The notes beneath the pieces are model-generated. The model was not told where the DNA came from. It saw only the letters and a program-made list of their open reading frames with translations, and ran no database searches. From positions 17,028-81,027 of the forward strand of contig JAIBAK010000001.1 of assembly GCA_019695215.1 (NCBI GenBank): 64,000 nucleotides of DNA, given 5' to 3'. Position numbers and translations under genes: made by a program. Shown here one piece after another: positions 38,828-48,383 of the stretch (its first letter is position 1; each line of letters opens with the position of its first letter). The stretch is from Bacteroidia bacterium (GTDB lineage Bacteria; Bacteroidota; Bacteroidia; UKL13-3).

Positions 38828-38938
38828 CAGGTTTATTGTGCAGATGCAAGGATAATTAATTCGATAATATTATTTAAGTGCCTGGCTTTATTTGACTTGA
38901 ATTGCATTGCGAAAGCAACTGATTACGGCAAATTTAGT

Positions 38939-38946
38939 TATTTTTG
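38939..38946 (+). promoter_or_regulatory. Candidate -7 promoter box (TATTTTTG)
   Basis: TAnnTTTG match 34 nt upstream of the ATG at 38981. Confidence 0.3.
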
Positions 38947-38980
38947 CCCTCCATAATTAAAATTAGTTAAATAAGCATTT

Positions 38981-41008
38981 ATGAAGAAGCTTGTTCTTAT
39001 TCTTTGCGTGATTGGTTTGGTACAACCCGGTTTAGCCCAAACCAAAAAAGCGACCGTTGTTGCACCGGTATCAAAAACGGCTATTGCTAAACCAACTGAC
39101 GAAGTACTTTTTACTTTCGGAACCGATACAGTTTATCGTTCGGAGTTTGAACGCATTTATTCTAAAAACAATACAACTAAGGAAAAACCTGATGAAAAAA
39201 GCATCAAAGAGTACCTTGATTTGTATATCAACTTTAAGTTAAAAGTAAAAGAAGCCATTCGCTTAGGGTTAGATACCTTGCCATCGTTTAAATCAGAGCT
39301 GGCCGGTTATCGTAAGCAATTGGCTCAGCCTTACCTTATCGATCAAAAAGTGAGTCAGCAATTGGTAAAGGAAGCTTACGAGCGAATGAAATATGAAATT
39401 AATGCAAGCCATATCCTTATTCGATTAGACGAAAATGCTCTTCCAAAAGATACCATTGCGGCCTATAAAAAAATTATGGATTTACGGGCAAAAATAATGA
39501 AGGGCGAAAGTTTTGATTCAATAGCAGCTAAATTTTCAGAGGATCCTTCAGCCGTAAGTAATTATGGAAATCTCGGATGGTTCACAGCCTTCCAAATGAT
39601 TTACCAGTTTGAAACCGGAGCCTACACCACCGAACCCGGCAAAATATCAATGCCTGTAAGAACCCGGTTTGGATACCACCTGATTAAAGTGATTGACAGA
39701 AGGCCTGCTTCCGGAGAAATAAAAGTAGCTCACATTGGAATACGCGTACCTTCATCTGCTACCTCCGAGCAGCAAATGGAAATTAAATCACGGGTTGATG
39801 CTATTTATGCCAAGTTGAAACAGGGCGAAAAATTTGAAGATTTGGTAAAACAATATTCGGAAGACGAGCGCACTGCACCTCAAAAAGGAGAGTTGAACTG
39901 GTTTAGCGGAACCAATAATTCGTTCCCTCAGGAATTTAAAGATGCAGCTTTTGCCTTAAAGGAAAACGGAAGTTTTTCGGCTCCGGTACGTACCAGTTTC
40001 GGGTGGCATATTATAAAACGAATAGATAAGCGCGGCCTTCAGCCAATGGCAGAACTGGAAGAAACCATTAAGTCAAAAATAGCCCGCGACAGTCGTCAGG
40101 ATCAAAACAAGCGTGCCGTTATTGATCGCATTAAACGTGAAAATAGTTTTACCGAATTTAAACCTGCCTTTGACGAGTTGTTGAAACGAATTGACTCCAC
40201 TGTACTGGGCAGCAGCTGGGACTCGAGTAAAGCAGGCGGCTTAAAAAAACCTTTATTCGGTATTGGAAAACAAACTTTCAGCCAGTATGATTTTACAGCC
40301 TATGTTTACAATTACCAAACAAATCTGGCCGGTAAAGTTTCGGTTACCGCAGCTATCAAAGGGATGTATGATAATTTTGTTGATTCAAAAGTGCTCGAGT
40401 ATGAGGAAGCAGGACTTGATGCCCGCTTTGAAGATTTTCGCAACCTGATGAAGGAATACCATGACGGAATTTTATTGTTTGATTTAACCGATAAAAAAGT
40501 TTGGTCTAAAGCCGTATCTGATACCACAGGTCAGCTGGCTTATTACGAAAAAACTAAAAATAAGTACCTGTACAAAGAGCGTTATCAGGTGGAAACTTTT
40601 ACCTGTGCCGATGAAAAAACAGCAGTTGCTGTTCAAAAAATGATTAAAGCAGGTAAAACCAATGATGAAATTAAGGCGAAATTAAATGCAAAAAATCCGC
40701 TGGCAGTTGATATCAAAATCAATCTCAGTGAGGCAGGAGAAAATGCAGCCGTTGACTCGTTTGTTACTGCCAATAAGCCCGGAGGCGATGTAAAAATGAT
40801 TAAATTTATGAATCCGGAGGCAGGAAACTCAAAAGTGTTCTCCGTAATCAGAAAAACAATTCCTCCGCAGCCTAAAGAACTTAAAGAGGTTAAGGGGCTG
40901 GTTACTTCCGAGTATCAGAATCAGTTGGAGAAAGACTGGCTCATCGAACTGCGCGCCAAATATCCGGTACAGGTAAATGAAATTACCGTTAGCAGGTTAT
41001 TTAAATAA
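38981..41008 (+). CDS. Periplasmic peptidyl-prolyl isomerase with two parvulin (PpiC-type) domains
   Basis: Signal peptide present. Two parvulin signatures: INASHILIRL...FGYHLIKVIDRR and IKVAHIGIRV...FGWHIIKRIDKR. Confidence 0.8.
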   Translation: MKKLVLILCVIGLVQPGLAQTKKATVVAPVSKTAIAKPTDEVLFTFGTDTVYRSEFERIYSKNNTTKEKPDEKSIKEYLDLYINFKLKVKEAIRLGLDTLPSFKSELAGYRKQLAQPYLIDQKVSQQLVKEAYERMKYEINASHILIRLDENALPKDTIAAYKKIMDLRAKIMKGESFDSIAAKFSEDPSAVSNYGNLGWFTAFQMIYQFETGAYTTEPGKISMPVRTRFGYHLIKVIDRRPASGEIKVAHIGIRVPSSATSEQQMEIKSRVDAIYAKLKQGEKFEDLVKQYSEDERTAPQKGELNWFSGTNNSFPQEFKDAAFALKENGSFSAPVRTSFGWHIIKRIDKRGLQPMAELEETIKSKIARDSRQDQNKRAVIDRIKRENSFTEFKPAFDELLKRIDSTVLGSSWDSSKAGGLKKPLFGIGKQTFSQYDFTAYVYNYQTNLAGKVSVTAAIKGMYDNFVDSKVLEYEEAGLDARFEDFRNLMKEYHDGILLFDLTDKKVWSKAVSDTTGQLAYYEKTKNKYLYKERYQVETFTCADEKTAVAVQKMIKAGKTNDEIKAKLNAKNPLAVDIKINLSEAGENAAVDSFVTANKPGGDVKMIKFMNPEAGNSKVFSVIRKTIPPQPKELKEVKGLVTSEYQNQLEKDWLIELRAKYPVQVNEITVSRLFK

Positions 41009-41019
41009 CCCGTTGAGTG

Positions 41020-41859
41020 ATGCGGTCTGTTTTTGTTATATTGAGTATGACTGCACTTTTTACAGGTTGTTTGCAAAGGAGTTCGTCAAACGGTGAACCG
41101 CTGGCAAGGGTAGGAAATCATTTTTTATACCCTGCCGATATTACTGAAGCGTTGGCGGGGCGCAGCCCGTTGCAGGATAGTTTGCCCTATATGAAAAAGC
41201 TCATTCAGGAGTGGATACGCGAACAGGTGCTGCTGGATAAGGCAAACAGTGTGCTCACCGCTGCGCAAAAAGATAAAAAGAAAGAACTGGATGCTTATCT
41301 GTCGGCATTGCTTGTTTACGAGTACCAGCGCCAAACGGTAGAACAAAAACTCGACACCACCGTAACCGATGCGCAGATTAAACAATATTTTGAAAAGAAT
41401 AAAGCCGATTTTGAACTAAAACAAAATCTGATTCGTTTCAGGTATGTGAAGTTAAAAAAAGATATGCCTTTTGATGAAGCCAGAGCCCTGCTTGCATCGG
41501 ATAAGGAGGAAGACTTTAAGAAACTGGAATTATTTTGCAGGCAGCATGCCTCTAATTTTTTTCTGAACGATAAAGTGTGGCTCAATTTTCAGGATGTGTT
41601 AAAAGAGATTCCGATTCAAACGTATAATGAGGAAGATTTTTTAAAGAACAATACCCTGGTAGAGGTGAAAGACAAGGAGTACACTTACCTTGTACGTATA
41701 AGTGATTACCGAGTGAAAAACGGGCAATCGCAACCCGAGCTGGAACGCGACCGTATTGTACAAATGATTATTCAGGCTCGAAAGGCCAAATTGATAAAAG
41801 AAACCGAACAGCAAGTGCTTAAAGAAGCCGAATTAAATGGAAGTATTGAACTATTTTAA
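41020..41859 (+). CDS. Lipoprotein with a SurA-N/PpiD-like chaperone region and no parvulin domain
   Basis: Lipobox LFTGC. Helical K/E/Q-rich sequence resembling the SurA N-terminal chaperone module. I did not see a PPIase signature. Confidence 0.45.
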   Translation: MRSVFVILSMTALFTGCLQRSSSNGEPLARVGNHFLYPADITEALAGRSPLQDSLPYMKKLIQEWIREQVLLDKANSVLTAAQKDKKKELDAYLSALLVYEYQRQTVEQKLDTTVTDAQIKQYFEKNKADFELKQNLIRFRYVKLKKDMPFDEARALLASDKEEDFKKLELFCRQHASNFFLNDKVWLNFQDVLKEIPIQTYNEEDFLKNNTLVEVKDKEYTYLVRISDYRVKNGQSQPELERDRIVQMIIQARKAKLIKETEQQVLKEAELNGSIELF

Positions 41860-43195
41860 GAAAATTTCAGGAATTGTTATCCTGTTATATTTTGTATCAC
41901 CGGCAGCCCGAGCTCAGGTGGTAGATGAAGTGGTGGCGGTAGTGGGCGATAAAATTATTTTAAAATCGGAGATTGAAATTGAAGTGGAGCGTATCAAAAA
42001 AAATGCGGAGGGTGCATTGCCGCCAAATATTTTTTGTGAAGTGCTTAATCAAAAACTGGCCGAGAAACTAATGCTTCACAAAGCCGATTTAGACAGTGTT
42101 GTAGCCGATGAGGACAGGGTTACAGCCGAACTTGATTACCGTGTAAAAAAACTGGTGGCTCAGTTTGGCAGCGAAAAAGCATTCGAAAATTATTACGGTA
42201 AAACTATTGCCGAAATTAAAGCAAGCAACCGAGACAAGGTGCGCGATGATATGCTGGTTACAGAAATGCAGCAGAAAATTTTGAAAGAAGTGAAAGCAAG
42301 TCCTACGGATATTAAGAGATATTTTAACAGCATCCCGGATGACAGTTTACCTTTTTACAGTTCGGAGGTTGAAATAGCCCAGATTATAAAACTGCCTGCT
42401 GTAAGCAAAGAGGCTAAACAATATGCTTACGAACGCATCAGAGAAATACGTCAGCGCATTATAGACGGGGAAAGCTTTCAAACGTTAGCCATTCTGTATT
42501 CCGATGATCACGGGTCGGCTAAAAGAGGAGGTGAGCTTGGCTTTTTTTCACGCGGGGATATGGTTCCCGAATTTGAAGCTATGTCATTTAAATTGCGCGG
42601 AGATACTGTTTCGAAAATCATTGAAACCAAATATGGGTACCATATTCTTCAACTTATCGAGCGCAAGGGCGAAAGTATCAATGTGCGGCATATTCTTATC
42701 AGAGCACAAACCTCAAAAGCAGATTTGGTACTTGCAAAAGATACCATGGATAAAATTTACCGCATGCTCACCAAAGATACGCTCACATTTGAAGACGCGG
42801 CCAAAAAATATTCGGATGATGAAGAATCAAGAGCAGGGGGTGGTTATTTACGCGATCCGGCAACGGGCAGTACCAAAGTGCTGGTGGAGGAGCTGGATAA
42901 AAATCTGTATATCGCCATTGAGCGTTTGCAACCCGGACAAATTACCGAACCCGAATTAATTACCCTGCCCGATGGCTCTCAGGCCTACCGCATGATTTAC
43001 CTCAAATCAGAGACAAAACCACACAAAGCCAATCTTCGTGACGATTATCAGAAATACCAGGCTATGGCCTTTCAAAAAAAGCAGGAAGAAGTGATGAGTG
43101 CCTGGATTGATAAGTACCGTAAAAAATATTATGTTCGAATTGCCGATGGATACGTAACCTGTACTTCCATTGAGCGATGGATAAAAGCGCAATAA
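41837..43195 (+). CDS. SurA-like periplasmic chaperone/peptidyl-prolyl isomerase
   Basis: Signal peptide, SurA-N-like segment (VVAVVGDKIILKSEIE), and parvulin signatures (EVEIAQIIK...YGYHILQLIERKG; INVRHILI). Confidence 0.75.
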   Translation: MEVLNYFKKISGIVILLYFVSPAARAQVVDEVVAVVGDKIILKSEIEIEVERIKKNAEGALPPNIFCEVLNQKLAEKLMLHKADLDSVVADEDRVTAELDYRVKKLVAQFGSEKAFENYYGKTIAEIKASNRDKVRDDMLVTEMQQKILKEVKASPTDIKRYFNSIPDDSLPFYSSEVEIAQIIKLPAVSKEAKQYAYERIREIRQRIIDGESFQTLAILYSDDHGSAKRGGELGFFSRGDMVPEFEAMSFKLRGDTVSKIIETKYGYHILQLIERKGESINVRHILIRAQTSKADLVLAKDTMDKIYRMLTKDTLTFEDAAKKYSDDEESRAGGGYLRDPATGSTKVLVEELDKNLYIAIERLQPGQITEPELITLPDGSQAYRMIYLKSETKPHKANLRDDYQKYQAMAFQKKQEEVMSAWIDKYRKKYYVRIADGYVTCTSIERWIKAQ

Positions 43196-43199
43196 ACCA

Positions 43200-44165
43200 A
43201 TGACTCAATATACATCAGATGTAGAAGCAGCCGATGCACTGCAGGCAAAGTACAAAGAATTAAAAAGAGAAATCGGTAAGGTAATTATCGGTCAGGAACG
43301 GGTAGTGGAGGATGTGCTCACCTGCATTTTCTCCCACGGACATGCCTTGCTTATTGGTGTTCCCGGTCTGGCCAAAACATTATTGGTAAAAACCATCTCG
43401 CAAGCGCTTGATTTAAGTTTTAACCGCATTCAGTTTACGCCCGATTTAATGCCATCTGATATTACAGGCTCCGAGATACTTGACGAAAACAGGCACTTTA
43501 AATTTATCAAAGGGCCTTTGTTTGCCAATATTGTGCTGGCTGACGAAATTAACCGTACTCCCCCCAAAACACAGGCTGCTTTACTGGAGGCCATGCAGGA
43601 AAAAAACGTGAGTGTGGGCGGTCATCAGCATCAGTTGCAGGAGCCATTTTTTGTACTGGCTACGCAAAATCCCATTGAGCAGGAGGGAACATATCCGCTT
43701 CCCGAGGCGCAACTCGACCGTTTCATGTTTAATATAGTACTCGATTATCCCTCATTTGAGGAAGAATTGCAGGTGGTACGGTCTACTACAGCCGGAGTTA
43801 CGGCAAGCGCATCAAAAGTGATCAGTGCAGCCGAGATTACGCAGTTTCAGCAGGTAGTACGCAAATTGCCGGTTGCCGATAATGTGCTGCAATATGCGGT
43901 AAAGCTGGTTTCCAAAACCCGTCCGCAATCAGCATTTGCTACAGATAAGGTAAATCAGTACATTTCATTTGGAGCCGGTCCGCGTGCCAGCCAGTATTTG
44001 GTTATAGGGGCCAAATGCCACGCGCTGCTTCATGGAAAATACTCGCCCGATATAGAAGATGTGCAGGCCGTTGTGGCTCCCGTATTGCGCCATCGCCTGG
44101 TGAAAAATTATAAAGCCGAGGCCGAAGGGGTAAGCATGGAGCAGATTATACAGTCATTGCTATAG
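43200..44165 (+). CDS. moxR: MoxR-family AAA+ ATPase
   Basis: Walker A GVPGLAKT, Walker B/sensor LADEINRTPPKTQAALLEAMQE, and FFVLATQNPIEQEGTYPLPEAQLDRF. Confidence 0.9.
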   Translation: MTQYTSDVEAADALQAKYKELKREIGKVIIGQERVVEDVLTCIFSHGHALLIGVPGLAKTLLVKTISQALDLSFNRIQFTPDLMPSDITGSEILDENRHFKFIKGPLFANIVLADEINRTPPKTQAALLEAMQEKNVSVGGHQHQLQEPFFVLATQNPIEQEGTYPLPEAQLDRFMFNIVLDYPSFEEELQVVRSTTAGVTASASKVISAAEITQFQQVVRKLPVADNVLQYAVKLVSKTRPQSAFATDKVNQYISFGAGPRASQYLVIGAKCHALLHGKYSPDIEDVQAVVAPVLRHRLVKNYKAEAEGVSMEQIIQSLL

Positions 44166-44197
44166 TCAAGGATCTTTCAGGAATAATATTAAGTAAC

Positions 44198-44273
44198 GTC
44201 ATTGCGAACGTAGTGAAGCAATCTCCTTTCATTTAGCAGATTGCCACGTCCGGAGTGCCGGACTCGCAATGAC
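44198..44273. repeat. 76-nt compound palindromic element (three-stem structure)
   Basis: The outer stem is a perfect 10 bp, GTCATTGCGA/TCGCAATGAC (44198-44207 / 44264-44273). The inner stems are GCAATCT/AGATTGC (44218-44224 / 44238-44244) and GTCCGG/CCGGAC (44248-44253 / 44258-44263). Confidence 0.7.
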
Positions 44274-44316
44274 GGGTGTAATTGATTTATAGCCCTTGTT
44301 TTTTCAAATAGTTTTC

Positions 44317-44324
44317 TAACTTTG
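44317..44324 (+). promoter_or_regulatory. Candidate -7 promoter box (TAACTTTG) for ybeY
   Basis: Exact TAnnTTTG match ending 5 nt before the ybeY ATG (44330). Confidence 0.35.
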
Positions 44325-44329
44325 TTTTT

Positions 44330-44755
44330 ATGACTGCGTCCATAACTTTTCATGCTGCCGATGTACCCATACCGCTCACACAGCGCACCGCCATTAAACA
44401 CTGGCTTCAAAGTGTGGCAAAAAAAGAGAAGTGTACCATCAGTCATATCGCTTATATTTTTTGCAGTGACGAGTACCTGCATAATATCAACGTTAAATTT
44501 TTGAAGCACGACACCTTTACCGATATCATTACGTTCGACTACTCGGAAGGGAAAATACTAAGCGGAGAGATTTACATAAGTGCCCAGCGGGTAAAAGACA
44601 ATGCCGCGGTTTATGGAGCTTCTTATATTCATGAACTGTGCAGGGTATTGGTACACGGGTTACTTCACTTAAGCGGTTACAACGATAAAACAAAAACCGA
44701 AAAGGAATCCATGCGCCAAAGGGAGGAATACCATCTTGGAGCGCTGTTTGAGTAA
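44330..44755 (+). CDS. ybeY: rRNA maturation endoribonuclease YbeY
   Basis: 141 aa. VLVHGLLHLSGYNDKT metal-binding motif region and the typical size. Confidence 0.85.
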   Translation: MTASITFHAADVPIPLTQRTAIKHWLQSVAKKEKCTISHIAYIFCSDEYLHNINVKFLKHDTFTDIITFDYSEGKILSGEIYISAQRVKDNAAVYGASYIHELCRVLVHGLLHLSGYNDKTKTEKESMRQREEYHLGALFE

Positions 44756-44783
44756 TCAGCAATAAGATTTCTTCTCGTTAAAA

Positions 44784-46181
44784 TTAGTTTTTGCAGAATT
44801 TAAAAGTCTTTAAAAGTATGTTGTTTACAGAAACTGAAACAACGTAAATTCCGGAGGCTAATTGACCTACATTTGTTTTATCTACTAATTCCGGGGCCCC
44901 TTCGTGTTGCACCACAATTTTACCGGTTAGGTCGCGTATGGTAATAAATACTTTATCGTCTGTCTTTAAATTTTCAGGTAATTGCAGGTGCAAAATACCA
45001 TCACGGTTTGGGTTTGGATAAATATTCAGCATTTTATTTGGATAGAATGATGATAAACCTGTACCGGGAGAATATGCAAGCACCCACCTGTAGATAGAAT
45101 CGGTGATATCATGCGTATTGATTCTGATAATTAATTTCCCCTTGGGTGTAAATAGAAATTTAGCATTATAAGGATATTGCACAATATTAGTCGCTGATGG
45201 TTGCCAGCTGTTCCCGGAATAATTAATTATCGAAACATATTTCGATTGAATATTTTCATAGGCAATGTGCGGAGTTCCTGTGGGACTGATGGCAAGAGCT
45301 AATAAACGTATTTTATCCGTACATCCGGAGGGCGAATTTGATACAGTAATCCAGTTGCCCCCTATATATTTTTTTAATGTAATTGAAGGATTAAGTCCGG
45401 CATCTGCATTGGCAGCGTAAAGATTTTTTTGTGAATCCATAAAAATCTGTTGTGCATTTGAAACGGAATCCCAATTGGTGCCATTGAATTTTAGTATATT
45501 ACCCAATTCTGTGGAAACGTAAGGCGTATCATTACTTCCTAAAAAAAGTTCAAGATTCTTGACTGTACTTACCCAGGGTTCTTGCATTGTGGCAGGCAAG
45601 CCTACATTAATCCAGGAGTTTCCGTTGAATTTTTTAACTTTAATATATTTAGTAGTATTATTAGGCTTGCTACTGTAGGTAAAGGCCGCAAAGGGCGTTC
45701 CGTTCTGTGATAACTTAACTGCAATGCTCAGAAGGAAAGAAGTTGAGTCATTTAAGTTATCTATTTGCCCAGAATTATTGCCCAAAGGATACCAATAATT
45801 ACCATTAAATTTAGATACAAAAAATGAACGATACCACAATGGGAGAGCTGCTTGGCCAAGATACCCTATTATCATATCGTTTGCGCTATTGGTGCTTAAG
45901 GCCGAACCCCAAAGACAAAGACCCGGAATGAGTCTACCTTCTAAACTGTCCATCGGTAAATTCAACCAGGAATTCCCAATATATTTTTTGAATTGTATCC
46001 CATTAAAAATATCGGACTCATCAGAAATTATGGGATTACCAGAAGAATCACTTTCCAATATTGCTCCTTCTGGGTACATAGCCCCCGGTCCAATATGAGA
46101 GCCGCCCAGAAAATTCCATTGCGCATTGGAAGCAGTAATGGTTAAACAAAAGGTGAAAATAACTAAATAGAGCCTTATCAT
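44784..46181 (-). CDS. Secreted repeat protein (about 6-7 'F-x-G-x-x-W' blades, propeller-like) with a T9SS C-terminal domain, paralogue 1
   Basis: Signal peptide present. Recurrent KKYIGNSW / KFNGNYW / KKFNGNSW / KFNGTNW / KKYIGGNW / NYSGNSW motifs. The CTD is YPNPNRDGILHL...GIYVVSV. Confidence 0.7.
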   Translation of the reverse strand: MIRLYLVIFTFCLTITASNAQWNFLGGSHIGPGAMYPEGAILESDSSGNPIISDESDIFNGIQFKKYIGNSWLNLPMDSLEGRLIPGLCLWGSALSTNSANDMIIGYLGQAALPLWYRSFFVSKFNGNYWYPLGNNSGQIDNLNDSTSFLLSIAVKLSQNGTPFAAFTYSSKPNNTTKYIKVKKFNGNSWINVGLPATMQEPWVSTVKNLELFLGSNDTPYVSTELGNILKFNGTNWDSVSNAQQIFMDSQKNLYAANADAGLNPSITLKKYIGGNWITVSNSPSGCTDKIRLLALAISPTGTPHIAYENIQSKYVSIINYSGNSWQPSATNIVQYPYNAKFLFTPKGKLIIRINTHDITDSIYRWVLAYSPGTGLSSFYPNKMLNIYPNPNRDGILHLQLPENLKTDDKVFITIRDLTGKIVVQHEGAPELVDKTNVGQLASGIYVVSVSVNNILLKTFKFCKN

Positions 46182-46202
46182 GAGGTTAGTGGTTAATAAT
46201 TG

Positions 46203-46210
46203 TAAAGATA
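46203..46210 (-). promoter_or_regulatory. Candidate -7-like box (TATCTTTA), part of a 10-mer shared with the paralogue at 49899-49908
   Basis: The minus strand reads GTATCTTTAC (46202-46211), 20 nt upstream of the ATG at 46181. Confidence 0.3.
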
Positions 46211-46270
46211 CTAAGCGGCTGCTAATGGTTGTATCAATTACACAAAAATCTTGAAATTTATGCCACTCTG

Positions 46271-48319
46271 CTACCAGATTTTCACTCGTACACTATCGGC
46301 TCGCCACATGTAATCTCCTTCTTTAATACCAAAGGTGGCATAAAACTCCGGCATATTGGCCAATGGGCCGATTACTCTGAATTTACAAGGCGCATGTTCA
46401 TTGCTGCGCACCTGATCGGCTATGGATTCGGGGCGTTCGTTTACCATCCAGGCCAGAGCATAACCTAAAAAGAAGCGTTGGTCGGGATTTAACCCCGCTA
46501 TGATTTCCTTACCGGTGTATTGTTTTGTTTTCTTAAAGGCTTCGTATCCCATCACAATGCCACCGAGGTCGGCAATATTTTCTCCCTGTGTATTGGCTCC
46601 GTTTATGTGAAGGCTGTCAACTGCCACGTAATTGTTAAACTGCTCTACAATCATTTTGGTTTTGGTGTAAAACTTTGTGCTGTCTTCGCTGGTCCACCAG
46701 TTATTCAGGTTGCCCTGTCCGTCATATTTGCTGCCCTGGTCGTCAAAACCGTGGGTTATTTCGTGCCCAAAGGTAGAGCCGCCAATAATGGAATAAAGAA
46801 TCGCATCATCTGCTAATTTACGTTCATACCCCGGTACAATGATATTGCAGCCCGGCACCACAATTTCATTATTGCTTGGGTTGTAATAGGCATTATACGT
46901 TTGCGGATACATGCTCCACTCGGTACGGTCAACCGGTTGCCCGTATTTATGTGTCATGTACTGAAAATCCCAAATGTTTGCATTCATTACATTGCGCACA
47001 TAACTGCTGCGATCAACCTGCAGACTGCTCAGGTCTTTCCATTTATCGGGGTAACCTACTTTCATTACCATCGCATCCAGTTTGGCCTGTGCTTTTTCTT
47101 TGGTCACACTGCTCATCCAGTCAAGGGTTTTAATGCGTTCGGCATATACTGCGCGTATGGCATTGCCTATTTCAAGCAGTTTTTCTTTGGTGCCTTTGGG
47201 TAAATATTCCTCCACATACACCTGTCCGATCAATTCTCCCAGCGAGGCATTGGTTTGTTCGGTTACCCTTTTCCACCGTGGTTTTGGCTCTTCAATACCA
47301 CGAATCACCTTTCCGTAAAAACTGAAACTTTCGGCATAGGTTTTATCATCGAGGTAGGCAGCCAATCCGCGTACCAGATGAAAACGGAGGTAATTTTTCC
47401 AGTCGGGGAGCGAATTGGTTTTCACATAACCGTTAAGCGCTTTTAAAAATTCAGGTTGCCCTACAATCACCGAATCCGGTTTTAGTCCGCATGCCTCCAT
47501 AAAACTGTTCCAGTCTAAATCAGGAGTTGCTTTAACCAGTTCGGCAAAAGTTATTTTATGGTAATTCAGCAACGGATCACGGGTATCTTCTCTCTTGCGC
47601 GAGGTTTGTGCAATGGAAGTTTCCAGTTTCATCAGGTTGCCTGCTGCTTTGGTTGCATCGGTTTCGTTTTGCCCCATCAGCTTAAACATATTTTGCAGGT
47701 GGATGAAAAATTTCTGGCGTATTTCTTTAGCCCTAGTATCGTTGTCGAAATAATAGCTGCGGTCGGGCAAACTCAACCCTCCCTGATAAATGAATACCGC
47801 ATGTTTACTGCTTATTTTATCATCCTGCCCTACATACATACCAAACATAGGCGAACCTGATACTTTTTGAATATGGGCCACGGCTTTCATCAGGGTGGCA
47901 CCGTCATGTATGGCATCAATCATATCCAGCTCGGCTTTCAGCGGAGACAACTCGTTTTGATTTATGGTGTTGCTGTCCATCCCGGTGAAATAAAAATCAC
48001 CTATTTTTTGTTTGTTGCTTCCTTTTTCTGCCCTGGTTTCGGCAGCCGATGAAATACAAATCTGCTGAATCTGCGCATTGATGGTGTCGCGGATTAGTTG
48101 CCACAATCCGTTGCTGGATTCGCTGGCCGGAATAGGATTTTTCTTAAACCAGCCGTTGTTGGCGTATAAAAAGAAATCGTCACCGGGTTTAATGGTACTG
48201 TCAATATTGGCAGCGAGAAAATCGGGGCCGGTATTTTCGGTGGTGTTTTTCTGTTGCGAACAGGAAATGATAACAATTCCTGCAAGGACTAATGAAAAGG
48301 AACGGATTTTAGAAACCAT
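46271..48319 (-). CDS. pepO: M13-family zinc metallopeptidase (neprilysin/PepO-like) lipoprotein
   Basis: Lipobox IISC. HEITHGFDD (HExxH), the downstream ENIADLGG motif, and M13 length and domain order. Confidence 0.88.
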   Translation of the reverse strand: MVSKIRSFSLVLAGIVIISCSQQKNTTENTGPDFLAANIDSTIKPGDDFFLYANNGWFKKNPIPASESSNGLWQLIRDTINAQIQQICISSAAETRAEKGSNKQKIGDFYFTGMDSNTINQNELSPLKAELDMIDAIHDGATLMKAVAHIQKVSGSPMFGMYVGQDDKISSKHAVFIYQGGLSLPDRSYYFDNDTRAKEIRQKFFIHLQNMFKLMGQNETDATKAAGNLMKLETSIAQTSRKREDTRDPLLNYHKITFAELVKATPDLDWNSFMEACGLKPDSVIVGQPEFLKALNGYVKTNSLPDWKNYLRFHLVRGLAAYLDDKTYAESFSFYGKVIRGIEEPKPRWKRVTEQTNASLGELIGQVYVEEYLPKGTKEKLLEIGNAIRAVYAERIKTLDWMSSVTKEKAQAKLDAMVMKVGYPDKWKDLSSLQVDRSSYVRNVMNANIWDFQYMTHKYGQPVDRTEWSMYPQTYNAYYNPSNNEIVVPGCNIIVPGYERKLADDAILYSIIGGSTFGHEITHGFDDQGSKYDGQGNLNNWWTSEDSTKFYTKTKMIVEQFNNYVAVDSLHINGANTQGENIADLGGIVMGYEAFKKTKQYTGKEIIAGLNPDQRFFLGYALAWMVNERPESIADQVRSNEHAPCKFRVIGPLANMPEFYATFGIKEGDYMWRADSVRVKIW

Positions 48320-48338
48320 ATGCTTGTATTTTTGAAGG

Positions 48339-48368
48339 CGGAAGTTACGGTTTTATTTACGGAAGTTA
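48339..48368. repeat. Direct repeat CGGAAGTTA x2 at 21-bp spacing in the pepO upstream region
   Basis: CGGAAGTTA occurs at 48339-48347 and 48360-48368, 20-49 nt upstream of the pepO ATG (48319, minus strand). Confidence 0.6.
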
Positions 48369-48383
48369 AAGATTTGTGATCTA

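Noticed and set aside
38901-38925. Second copy of the CATTGCGA...AGCAA palindromic element
   Set aside because: It is only a short partial word match (GCATTGCGAAAGCAAC) without the inverted partner, so it is probably coincidence.
44189-44509. 106-aa minus-strand ORF
   Set aside because: It spans the palindromic element and runs antisense into ybeY, with no recognisable motif. It is most likely a shadow ORF.
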